From Octopus sinensis (Eukaryota): 64,000 bases of DNA. How positions within the stretch are numbered: the stretch's first letter is position 1; the number at the start of each line of letters is the position of its first letter. The notes below the pieces were generated by a model. That model was not told the DNA's origin. It was given only the letters and a program-made list of their open reading frames with translations, and did no database searches. This document shows positions 51,660 to 64,000 of this stretch, piece by piece. The DNA is taken from contig NC_043002.1 in NCBI RefSeq assembly GCF_006345805.1, positions 42,346,001 through 42,410,000 of the forward strand, in the 5' to 3' direction. The translations under genes were made by a program, and so were the position numbers.

Positions 51660-53968
51660 GTAAAGCTTTATAAAATGATGGTTTGAAGTGCATTTTATAG
51701 AGAATATATCTCTTTCTCTTTACTTTCATGTTAAGTGCTAAAGACCAGTTAGTTAAAAAAAAAAAGAAAAGAATTTAAACCATTTTTTTCCTCATGTTTT
51801 CAACTGCTGGGTCAAAATTACAAACATTCTGCCTCCCACACTACCCAAAATCACAAAATACCTAACTTTGGACCTTTTTTAGCCTTAAAATACCACAGTA
51901 TAGCTATTGATTTTTGGATAAAAAATACGCTTGACACAGAATATTTAGAAAAATAAAAAACAAGAAAAACACTTGAGATTGAGTTCTTCAATAGAAAAAG
52001 TTTATTTGACTGAAAGCAAAACAGTAGAATCCAAGGAAATTAGTCTTTGTTCGGCTGATTATAAATATTTCTTGTCCAATTGAATAATTTAATTTGCTGA
52101 AGAGGAGAGGTTTAACATTTTGATTTGAGAGGTGAGAAATAGAATTGCTTATTGCTACTATTTTTGTAAGAAGTGTTGCTTTAGTTATTCAGATATCATA
52201 CTTTCATATTTGTTAATATCTTAATACTTTTCTGGTAGGCTGATATGGAAACTCTTTATTAATATTATAAGGTCAGTCCAACTTTTCTTTTACATAATTG
52301 TCTTTTCAAATCTCAGCATTATCTGGATATATTTGATAGAAAAATGAAAAACAAAAAAGATTTTGTTGGGATTGGTCTTTATAGGTTGTTGCGTAGTTAT
52401 GTTTGGTACATTAAGTAGGTATAAGATAAATTTTGTCTTCCGGTAAAATGTCAAGCTATCTTAGCTTCAGGTACCACTCCTCAAATATTTTGTATCCAAC
52501 AGCTAACTTAACTGAAACCCAAACATATTTTTGTTACTTTGCTTCTATTGAAGCACACTGCTTTTAATTTCAATTAATTTTGAAAATAATAAAGAATTTA
52601 ATAACATAAGTTTATTAAGCTGGTGTTTGGAATATAGATTAACAAGAAATTTTGATGAAAGGTTTTAATTTATATCAGTTTAAAACAGGAAATTTGTATC
52701 CTAGAACCATGGGTGGTTTTAGGCAGGTTAGTATCAAAAGGGCCAGATACACAAAGAAATATCTGCAGTAGATTTGAATTCAGTACTTAGTAGTTGGTGT
52801 TCCAGTATCATATCCACATGACTATTTTGTCATGTGGATATCAAAAAAAAACTATATGCAAGAAATCTTTCTACAAATTTTTTGACATTTTTCTAATACA
52901 TTAATTCTGTGCTGCTAAGACATTTAATTAGATTTGTCAAAGATTATTAGAGAGGATATTGCAATACTTTGCCTGCACAGGAACAATTAAACCAGCTATC
53001 AAGTTAATAGTATTATTATTATTTGTTGTGTTGAAAACTATAGGATTGAATCAGAAATTTAGAGTTGAATATTTTTCAAGATACAAAACACAAGTTTCTA
53101 TGTCATTTGAACCTCCCCCATTTCACACCTTGTTGATTGGCTACATTTTTCTTTTCTATGATGTGGTGTTGGTACTGATCAGTGTCACAATTCATTATTA
53201 TAATGCTGCAAATACACTTTTACTGTTATATTGAAAGAAACTTTTCCTTTTATTTCTCTTAATCCTTCTCTGTTTTTATGCCACTTTTATTCCTGAACTT
53301 GTCATTCCCTTACTAATGACCTTCTTCTACCCACATCTCCCATCACAATTCAAATCCATTCTTAGTGGGTTTATATATATATATTTATTTTGGATAGAAC
53401 ACTTAATTCTACATTCTTCCAACCAACTGGCCACCGGAGAACCAGTAGCAGGTTTTCTAGAATAGCTTAAAACTATTTTGTGCAACCATAGCTATGTACT
53501 TAAAGAGTTTGTTTCTCAACCACATGGTTTCAAATTCAGTCCCACTGTGTGGCATCTTAGGCAAATGTCTACTTTAGTTCCAAGCCAACTGATACTTCAT
53601 GAGCAAATATTCATAGGCAGAAACTATGAGAAAGTCCATCATGTGTATGTATGTGTACTTAAGTGTTTCTCTTGGCACCAGCATTAAAGTTACAAGGCAA
53701 TCTTCACTAGTGCCACAAAAATAAAAAATAAATAAAATACCCATTACACTTTGTAAAAAGATTGACATTAAGTACATCCAAATGTAGAAACTGTCAAACT
53801 TGACATTAGAGCATGACACAGCATTTTGACTCACCACATCCCATTGACTGGTTCAACCCATGCCGGAATGGCATGATGATTTTATATCTAACTATATATA
53901 TATATAAATAAAGCAAAACTGGAAGCTGGAAAATTTTTGGTATTATTCATTCATTGTTATATTTCATT

Positions 53969-54265
53969 GTGGAGGCACAATGGCCCAGTGGTTAGGGCAG
54001 TGGACTCTTGGTCGGAGGATTGTGGTTTCGATTTCCAGACTGGGCGTTGTGTGTGTTTATTGAGCAAAAACACCTAAAGCTCCACAAGGCTCCAGTAGGG
54101 GGTGGTGGCAACCCCTGTTGCACTCTTTCGCCACAACTTTCTCTCACTCTTTCTTCCTGTTTCTTGAGTAACACTGCAATGGACTGGCGTCCCGTCCAGC
54201 TGGGGGGAACACATACGCCACCGAAACCGGGCCCATGAGCCTGGCTAGGCTTGAAAAGGGCACAT
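53969..54265 (+). mobile_element. Young tRNA-derived SINE with V-domain-like motif
   Basis: A-box tggcccagtggttagggcag, B-box ggtttcgatttcc, atggactggcgtcccgtccag; several CpGs retained. Confidence 0.85.
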
Positions 54266-56199
54266 AAATATATATATATATATATATTTAATTAGTTAAT
54301 AGGAATCACAAAGTTGTACATGTTGAATAAATATGTAAGAAATTTCCTATTCTAAATTCTTCAGATACCAACAGAATAAGTACCCGAGTCAGTTTGATTG
54401 ATTCAACTCGAGGCAGTATCCCAGTTTGGCCTTAGTGTAAGGACTGAAATATGCAAAAACAATGGAAGAGTAAAAGAATAGGTGTTACATAGCATGATGG
54501 TGCTTTGGTGGAAACAAGAGATCACCAGACTGGATATGCTTGTGCTTACAGTTCTTGTGAGCACCAACTCTGCTTTTCATTGTTTCAGACTCATTAACCT
54601 GAATATGAGTAATATGTACTAGCAATCAATCTAATCAACACTGTAGTGTGTGGTTTGCCAAGAAATTTCTTAAGTCTTGCATAACAGATGGTTGAGAATA
54701 GTTTCTATGTTTAGGTGTTGAAAAATGTAAAACTTTATTTCCTTCTTAAATCTGGCAATATTACCTCAATAACTATTTTAGATATTTTATTTATTTATTG
54801 TTTAGTCTTTCAGACTGGTCATTCATTTGGGTAGTGGTCTAGAAATGCTGATCATTTCTCTGTTTATGCACATGGTATGATTTAAATTGTTCTTAATATT
54901 TCAATTGTTGCATTAGTTTCTCTTAAACGGGTTTAATGAATATTGAACATTCATCCTGGAGCCTAAACATGTTTTATACTGATGTGTTGTGTTTAAAATT
55001 TGAAGTTCACATGTTGTTAATTAACATTTGTTATAGAGTCCATTTATATTTCCACATATTTATAATTACTTTTTTTTTTATTTGTGGAAAAAAATAATTT
55101 GTGAGTGTTAAGTTGATGGAATTATAATTTGCAGACAAATTATTTTATCAAATCTACATATATGAAAAATTCTATTTTTTCATTTAAATTTTGTATTTTA
55201 CCTTTTTTTTAATTTTTTTTTTTTTTGATATTCTCTTAATATCAACACTTTAGAGTTGTTGACGAGCTTAGTAGTAAAAATCATTTATTTTATGTAGTGG
55301 CCAAAATAGTCTTTCTGTAAAAATGTTTGTGTCAGTTGGTGAAATCTGACAATTGCTTTCAGTCTGTAACTACAAGCTTAGATATCCTGTTTAGATTGAT
55401 GTTGGTCATGGAATTTATTAATGTGGAATTTTAATGTAATTTTTTTCTATTTTATTTTGTTTTTTTAATTTCACACTTCATCAAGAAACTGCTTGCTTTG
55501 GGTTAATTTCAAGGATAAGCTGAGATAGGAATGTATAAGTTAGGAATCAGCCTTTCATTGAAATAGATGCAGCCATGTCTGTATGTCTCTCTTGTTGCTT
55601 TGCAACTCTGTTGTTTTTGGTTCAACAGCACTGCAATACACCTTAGGCTAATGTCTTGTATAACCTTGGGTAGTGGAATTTGATAAACAGAAACTATGCG
55701 ATAACCTATTTTATGTGTCTGTTTATTGGTGAAGGATATAAATAACAAGAAAACTGAAAAGCCAACTGTTTGAGTGAAGTCCATTGCAATATTTGATCTA
55801 CACTCCTTTACAAACACTCCCTTGTCACACTTGTTGTTAGGAATACAGTGAACAACTGATCAGCCCATTGAAAACTTTTAATCAGTTATACTGTTGTTCA
55901 GTTGTAATATGTGTAAATTAAATAAACCGACATAAGTCATCTAAGGCTTTGGTCAAAACAAATCAAACAATGAAGTAATGTTCTAGCTTAATTTTTTGTA
56001 GTATATACTTATATATATAAAGGTTTGGCAATGCAAACAGGAAAAATAGAACTCTAAACAAAAGAGTATATTTTAATACTTAGCAAAAGCAACTGAGTGA
56101 TTCAAGGACTGAGGGTTTTGTGTTAAATAAGTGCTAACACACGAACCTCTTCTCCCTTGAGTCACTCTGTTACTTCTGCCAAAATTTGATAATAATAAA

Positions 56200-56257
<58 letters not shown>

Positions 56258-58033
56258 ATGTTGGTGTATTTGTTAGAGAGGAATGTAGAGTACTTATTTA
56301 TTTATTTGACTTAATGGCAACTATGAGTTTATTGTATATCATATAGTATGTTTAATAATTTTCTTTCTCTTGGCTTGCTTTTTCTATTTCTCTGCCATTA
56401 TACTTATGAATTTCTGCTCTATCAACAATGTAGTTATGTGCTTACAAGTATACAGCATGCATTAAATGTGGTAGTACTGTTAGTTAGGGCTGTTTACAAA
56501 CACTACATCAGTACAATGATAGTACCATTCGCAAACAGTGTGCACATATTAAACAACATATTCATACAAATGCATCATCTGTTAAAAAACTAAAGAGTTG
56601 TCCTAACCAAGACAGTCACAGCTTTAAATGGCAGCTTGGAATATTGGAAATTTGAGGATTAAAAAGGCAAATTAAATCCCCTATTTCACTCCATCAGCAA
56701 GAAGTGAGAGTTTTACAACACTAATAAAATATTACTAAACCATTCTTGTTACACCAACATCTCAGTTAATCAAAATTAAGCCTAGTTTCCATTTTCTGCT
56801 GATGAGCACTTTAAAAGCAGAAATATTGAACTATTGGGGAAAAAATGTGAACCTTTATTTCTTTTAGGTCTTCTTATTACTTGTTTAGTTCCAACTTACA
56901 TTGTCATGATTTTCTCAAACACTTTTAATTACACATAGATATGTTACCATGGGTATCCCAGTTTTAAAATAGGTACAAGATGTCACATCCCATGTCATAA
57001 AGGTTGATGACAAATGATGCCTGGTCCTAAAACATTGCTTCAGAAACCTACCTGACCACATATAGGTGGACATGTAACATTGTTGCTGTATATTCATACA
57101 TGCTTGTGCACACATGCTTGCATGCATGCACACTCACACTAAGTGACAAGGTTAGCTTTGACTTTCTGATTAGTGTTTCAGATGTTAGTTTTCAATTGGT
57201 CACACACCTCTCCACCAACATAGCTCTGCAGTGAGATCATTTTCTCCTTATTTTGATGAACTATAAATTTGATAGTATCATTAAGAGTAATCATCTCTTA
57301 CATTGACCCAAGGCTGCTAATTTGTAGGAAAGGGTTATATTCTAGTCGATTGAATTCATTTCTGCACATGTCTGGTGTGATTTTCAATCCTTTTTGATTT
57401 CACCTCCCCTAAAACTGTTTTTAGTTCTATGATATAAACTTCTTGTTTCAAAGTTATCTCAATTAAAACCTTCCACCAAAATTTCATGTTAATTTGTGTA
57501 CCAGACACCAACTTAATAATTCATGACAAAGTTATTTTACTAATTTCATTATTTGCTGAAAAAAACTGAAAGAATGGTAGTGTATTCCTAGAGAAATATA
57601 TTGAAGTAAAAAAGAGAGGGTTAATAATTAGTGAAGTTTGAAAAATAAAGTCAACCACACAGGGCAAAAGGCTTAGTGGCATTTTGTCCGTTTTTATATT
57701 CCAGGTTCAAATTCCACTGAGGTTCGCTTTGTCTTTCAACCTTTCAGTGTCGATAAAATAATTACTGCAGGAGCACTGGTGTCGACTTAATCAACTTATT
57801 CCCTCCTCTGAAATTGCTGGCCTTGTGCCAAGATTTGAAGCCAATAATATGTAAATATATAGGGTATAAAATTTACTGTTTTACTGTTGGTGCCATTATG
57901 GCAGGTTTTTTTTTAAATATTTGATTAGAACAAGGGATTTCTTTTTCTCTTTTAAGAAGCTTTCACTTCATTATAGTTTTAGAATTCAGTTATGAAAAGT
58001 TATTGCATCTCTTTGCATTTTCTTACTCTTCAG

Positions 58034-58164
58034 ATATTCTGTTAATCGTCGTTGTCTTCACTGTTGTTGACATATTTTGTTATCTCTCGCTCTCTTTCTT
58101 CATATCTCGGACTAAAATGGGGAAAGCTGATGTATGGGATTACCTTGGGTTTCCCTGTCCATAA
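58034..58164 (+). CDS. Candidate phase-1 terminal exon (D-ILLIVVVFTVVDIFCYLSLSFFISRTKMGKADVWDYLGFPCP*)
   Basis: Strong acceptor tctctttgcattttcttactcttcag (58032-33); phases 0 and 2 close within 12 codons; local CpG retention. Confidence 0.3.
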
Positions 58165-58258
58165 AGGGTTTAGCTTTATGGTGTATCATCAGATCCCCAA
58201 AACCCGTTGGCCCATGACCTCTTAAAAATTAATCCCATATACCGGCCTTCCCCATTTT
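58114..58258. repeat. 145-nt hairpin or MITE-like element with 29-nt imperfect inverted arms
   Basis: aaaatggggaaagctgatgtatgggatta / taatcccatataccggccttccccatttt, plus an internal perfect 8-bp stem ccataaag/ctttatgg. Confidence 0.85.
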
Positions 58259-59760
58259 TATTATATATTGCTCTACATCTTAGAGTGTGCTTCTTCTTTC
58301 AGATTTGTTTTTTACAAACAATATAATATATATACTTACTCTCTCCCACATTCACATTGAATCCCCCCCCCCACACACACATCTATTTGTCTACTTATTT
58401 AGCTATTATTGCATGGTATCTTGAGCAAATACCTTATGCTACATCCCTGGGCCAACCAATGCTTTCTGAGTGAGTTTGGTGAACGGAAACTAAATGGAAG
58501 CCTGTTGTGTCTGTGTGTATATATTTAGTGTTTATGTGTGTCTGTTTGTCCCCCATCGCTTCCACTTGACAGCTAGTTTTTGTTTTGTCACCATAACTTA
58601 GCAGTTCAACAAAAGAGGCAATAGAATAATAAGTACCAGACTTCAAAAATAAGTACAGGATCCAGTTTGTTTGACTACAAATCTTTCCTGGCAGTGCTCT
58701 TGCATGACCACAGATCAATGACTGAAACAAGCAAATTGATAAATGTTGATTACATGTGCACTCACACACACACACACACACTTATACCAGTGTAGTACTG
58801 GGCAAAACTGATGGGGTTTATTTGTGACTCTTTCCAGTCATTCTTTTTTTTTTCTTTTCATTGCCTTGATTCTTGTTCTGTTCTTGATCCACTTTGCTTT
58901 CGAGTTATTCTTTTATTTTTTTTTTCACTTTGTTCTTGCGTTCCTTTCTTCTTATACTTCTTGTTTTCCAACAATACTACATTTCTCCTATTCACACCAG
59001 CCATTGACTTTGGGTGATAATCTTCAGCTTCTTTTTTTTTGCAATTCAGTCATGTATTTTTATTTTTGTGCCTGAGAGTTCCTTCGTCAGTATGACTTGC
59101 AGTTACCTGTTGTATACATGAAAAGTCAGCTCTCCATTTATTTACTTTCACGTTCTTTTTACCTTACTCTCATTTCATTTTTCACTGACTCATACCTCAT
59201 CATATGTTTTCTTTTTCACCTTCACTCTCTCTCCTATGTATGTGTGAGTGTGAACATGTAGGAAAAGTGTGATAAACACAAGATCAGTTTATACTTTTTG
59301 TTCCCTGTGCACATTTCTCCATTATTGTTATTTTATTGTATTACTTCTCTAATTCTCCCTTACCATTGCAGAGTTAGATAAGTTTTAGCAATTGCTAGTC
59401 TCCACAGAAAAGGCTGCCATAATTTTAGTGTAAGCAAGTTAGGTCTGACTAAACAAGGAAGAAAAATAAATTTCATATATAAATGGGAAATTTCATATAT
59501 ATTGAAAGCCAGTGGGAGCAAGCGCAGTGGAAGGTTTGAAATAAAGTAATTGAATGTTTGGTTTAGAGAGTGAAATGACAGCTAAATTACATTCACAAAG
59601 ATATTGTATACAAAGACAGGGTATTTATACATCTGTACTTTCACTGTTGGTAAATATGTGTAGATTTTTCTGTTGTACAGAATGCCATAGAAACAAAACA
59701 AGACTCCAAGAATATATATGCCAGTTATTTTATTCAGTTAACGCTGCCCTTAGTAATAAT

Positions 59761-60066
59761 GGGAGGTGCAATGGCCCAATGGTTAGGGCAGCGGACTTGC
59801 GGTGGGAGGATCATGGTTTCGATTCCCAGACCGGGCATTGTGTGTGTTTATTGAGCGAAAACACCTAAAAAAACTCCACGAGGCTCCGGTAGGGGTGGGT
59901 GGCAACCTATGTTGTACTCTTTTGCTACATCTTTCTCTCACTCTGTTTCTGGAGTAACGCTGCGATGGACTGGCGTCCCGTCCAGCTGGGAGGAACGCAT
60001 ACGCCACAGAAACTGGGAAACTAGGCCCATGAGCCTGGCTAGGCTTGAAAAGGGCATTGTTTATCG
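59761..60066 (+). mobile_element. Young V-domain-like tRNA-SINE with TSD
   Basis: Same family as 53969; TSD ttagtaataat(gg) at 59750-59760 and 60067-60077. Confidence 0.9.
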
Positions 60067-61264
60067 TTAGTAATAATGGATTTGTAAACAGTTTCTGTAT
60101 GGACAGTTAAAGAGGGTACTGAGATACTTAAGAATTCCCAGCATGGGCTTGAAACTAGTCCAGCTAATCCTTCTTTACTTGATCATGAAGTTGCCAGTCA
60201 CAGAGATTCTATAGACATACATTGTTGGCAATAAAATTTACCAATATATTCTTTAGTGCAGTTTAGCATTGAAATGAGATAGAAACTTAGTTGCTGTTCT
60301 GGATCTAGGTTTAGAAGTAAAGTTAATAATTTGGTATGGTATTTGTTAAACGATATTGTTGAGCCTACTTCTTGTTCACTCATTTATAAATATGATGCTG
60401 TTATTGAAAACCTTCCAGCTTCATTTTTGTGTTTGAAATGTAATGTGGATTTTCTTGTAACAATCATTATCACCATAATCATCATTGCACATGTGTTCTA
60501 CATACTGTCATGGGTTGGATGGGTTGTCATAGTCTGAGTAATTTCTTATTTAAAGTTACAGCTATATCTCATACATTCCATTTTTGCTGTGATTTTTATA
60601 GCTTAGTGTCCTTCCTAACACCAATCACTTTACAGCATGTATTTGGTGTATTTTATCATTGTAGAAGCATGATAGAAAGAAAGAAAGGTTATTTTGTCCA
60701 CTCTAAGAGTAAATAGTCCTCTCTACTATTGTTTCTGTCTTTTCAAGGCAAATGTAACAAAAAGACAAGATAGAAAATTGCAAAAATTTTGATGGGGGAA
60801 GCTTTTAAAGGTGGCTGATGGGCAGAAAGCATGAGTGATTGATAGCAACAGAGATCAATGATATTAAGTGAAAGTGATAGAATTGTATGGGGTGGGGAAG
60901 GAGAAAAAGAGTGATTGGTCAGTACCATGCCTCCATAGGTGGGTGGCAAACAGCAAATAGGAGAGTGAGTTATAAATGAGATGGTAGTGAGAAGTAATGT
61001 AACAGGAATATAATGGGGTGGCAGACCCAACACAGATCTGTTATACATCCTTACTCCCAACTTGTATCGCCACCAGAAGACAGCAAATTCAGAGTAGTTA
61101 ATAACATTTGTTGTGGCTTCATGAATGTTTCAAGACTGTGGATTTACTGTATAAGTTAGTTGTACTTCACCTTTTACTAATCAAGTCCTTCTAATAGTTT
61201 ATTGCGTAATTTATTCTGTGGTGTTGATTTCATTGACATATTTTCAATTTCACTACTTCAAATT

Positions 61265-61700
61265 TAAGTACCTTAGTTCTAAAATGATTTATACTCCCTC
61301 TTTCTCTCTCTTTCTCCTTTCTCTCTCCCCCTTTCTATCTCTTTCTCATTTCTCTCTCCCCCTTTCTCCTTTCTCTCTCCCCCTCTCTCTTTCCCTCTCT
61401 CTCTCCCCCTTCTCTCTCTGTCTCCTTTCTCTTACATTCCTCTCTCTTTCCCTTTTACCCACTACTTCTTCCATTGTGTTTCTTTACTCTTTAGTTCTCT
61501 CTTCTTACAGTTTGTCTCATATCACTCATTCTTCTTCCTCCCTATCCTCTCATTTTATCTCTCTCCCTCACTCTTTACCTCTCTTACTATTTATATCTTT
61601 AATCTTTGTCTTTCTCTCTGTCTTACTATTTACATTTCTCTCTCTCTGTCTCTCTCCTCCTCTTCTTTCTCCCATTTTTACTCATCTGTTCCTCCTTCAT
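61265..61700 (+). repeat. Long imperfect polypyrimidine (CT-rich) tract
   Basis: ~430 nt dominated by C and T; gives rise to the spurious 164-aa ORF. Confidence 0.9.
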
Positions 61701-62469
61701 ATAAATGGATGAGATATAATTAGTTGCATTCAGTAACTTTAATACAGATTTTAAAATATCAATCTCTGTGATATATTCTGTAAATATATTCCTCTTTCTT
61801 TCTTTCTTTCATCCTTAAGTGCTAATTAACTGTGAGACATGTTATGATACACAACCAGGTTTAATGTAGCCATAATACTTTTGCAAATACAATTTTAAAA
61901 ACACAGTAAGACAAATAAAACAAAATTTCTCCTATTTTTAATTAAAAACCAAACACTATTTAAAACATATACAAAAAAGAAATCTACCCATCCACTTATT
62001 CACCTTACATATGATGAAATAAAAAAAAATCTCTTCATATTAAGCAAAATTTTTTCACTATTCCCTCCCTACAAAATAATGGGAAGATAGTAGTAAAAGC
62101 ATGAAGTATTTTTAGTTATGTGAACTTACATTGCTTAATTATTTTTCCATAATGAATTCACTTGTATTTTTTTAGGTTATTTTATTCCATATCACCTCAG
62201 GGAATAAGTTGGGAGCAAGTTCTACATCTATCCTTTGAAGCAGCTCAAGGAATAATTTAAGTACACTAAATGTCTCATGAACATGTACTTTACAAACAAG
62301 GGTAAGATTGCTAAGGAATATTTTTTTTCTGTCCCTAGGCCCATCAAAGTTAATTATGTGTAGATTTCAAAACCTGAGTATTTTATACACACACATTCAC
62401 ACACATATACACATACATGCAGATATATACACACTTATGTACACATGCACACACACATACACAAACAAT

Positions 62470-63800
62470 GGAAAGTAGTTCTGACAAAATCGTAGAGATG
62501 CTGGAACAGAGGCAAATGTGTGTTGTGTACAAGATGTACCATGTGCCTCAGCCAGATTCCTCACAGGCAACGAGCACAAATAGAAATTCTTTTGGGTGTA
62601 TAACAGTGCCTGGGGTTAGTGGTGGGTAGAATAAGCATTTTGTTGGTTGAGAAATGGATAAAGCAATTGAACTAGTCAGAGTACATGACCCTGTACCTAA
62701 GATGACAGCAACAGTTTTTTTATGTATGTGTGTTACAATTAGGATTGGCAGAAGAGCAAAAGAACTGTTTCTATGACACCCTATTGCAACTTTGAGAGGA
62801 CATTACACAAGGTGTGTAATGTGGAAGTTGCTAAGAAAGCTAGGAGTAGATAAATGGCTTGTGAAAGTCACGCAAGCCATCTTGAAAGATGCCATCAGCA
62901 AGGTGAAAGTAAGCAATGAAGACTGGTTGTCTGTAGTGAGCCCGGCATGCCAATGACCTAGATCTCATTGCTGATTCCTGCTGAGAAGAATGTGGATGCA
63001 AGAGCCTATAATCAAGAAGTCTAAAACCTATCAAAATCAAAACTTTTAGTTAACAGAAAAGGAGACAGGTTTCTAGTTCCACCAAGTATATTGGTTATGC
63101 TCTATATACAGAAAAGGAATTGTTGGAAATTCCTTGTGTACTAAATGTATACTGTGGGTGCATAAAAGATGCAGTGGCAAGCAGGCTGACAGAGTAGAAA
63201 TATTTTGTATGTAGTAAATACATGGTAGTAGTTAGTACTACAAGAGTTCAGATGGCTCCCAAGAAGTAAATAGGTCTTGTTACTTAGGTGATTTAATCAG
63301 CAGTAGATGTGTTGCAATAGCATAGTAGTTATAGTAATGATAAGGTGGAAAAAATTCCAGGTTGCTATTTTATTAACAACAAAAGGACTCTCTTGCCTAA
63401 TGAAGAGTGGCTTGTATGATTCTTGTGTTCAAAGTGTGATGCTGAATGGTAATAAAACATGGACATTGAATATGAAGGATGTGCGAAAGACTGGGAAGAA
63501 AAGAATGAAGTGAGCATGTTCTACTGGATGAAAAGTCACGTGCATGAATGGCAGTACAAATAAGCTGGGAGTAAAAGACTGAGTATAAGTGGAACCAGAT
63601 GCATTGTGCAATACTGTGGACTGTGTTGGTACTAACTTGTTTGTGGGATGACAATTGAGTAAAAAGGTCAAATACTCCAAATGTAAGGAACTTGTAGAAG
63701 AAAAAGGCCAAGGAATATAAAAGAAGAGATATAAAAGCTAATCTAAATGGGATGAGCCTCACAAAGGAGATAAAGGACTGCAAGAAATGGTAAACTGCTG
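62470..63800 (+). mobile_element. Degenerate RTE-clade LINE (reverse transcriptase and C-terminal region)
   Basis: Translations MWKLLRKLGVDKWLVKVTQAILKDAISKVKVSNE and WKKFQVAILLTTKGLSCLMKSGLYDSCVQSVMLNGNKTW match RTE RT motifs; many stops and frameshifts. Confidence 0.8.
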
Positions 63801-64000
63801 TGCTAAAGAAACTTTGTTAAATCCATGTAAACAGAAAAGCAGACATAAAATGATGATACATCCTCCTGAACATACATTCATACTCACATGCACATAAACA
63901 TACAGACATAGACATATATGCATATACATACTCAAAGCAAAGAATAAATAAGTAAGCTATTTGAGATTATGGAATCTATGTTTTAGAATCAATTTTGCCA

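Noticed and set aside
148-63783. ORF-track entries as protein-coding genes
   Set aside because: Nearly all are translations of (TA)n, (CA)n, (CT)n tracts or SINE/LINE sequence, or are within the length expected by chance; none showed a recognisable cellular protein domain.

Overview
AT-rich eukaryotic genomic DNA, dense in microsatellites and retroposons. The SINE and MITE families look like those of an Octopus (coleoid cephalopod) genome, but this comes from repeat recognition, not a search. There is no long protein-coding exon, and essentially the whole ORF track is microsatellite, repeat or chance ORFs. My best model is the 5' portion of one large + strand gene that I cannot name. Support: an apparent T>A and G>C skew on +, CpG-retaining DNA over the first ~10 kb, and CpG-depleted (gene-body-methylated-like) DNA afterwards. 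The gene would have several alternative first exons (ATG 465, ATG 4004/5316, a non-coding exon ending 7437, ATG 20034, ATG 43160) and candidate microexons (27, 31, 17, 6, 13, 14 nt). Most of the candidate N-termini end in intron phase 1. The most striking structures are a ~1.35 kb fold-back palindrome (45886-47232), a 1.3 kb tandem duplication of a first-exon region bounded by (TA)n, a 16-unit minisatellite grown from an inverted SINE tail, and perfect or near-perfect hairpins beside candidate exons. SINE CpG decay also marks a methylation boundary near 10-11 kb. All exon calls are manual splice-signal predictions and need RNA-seq.
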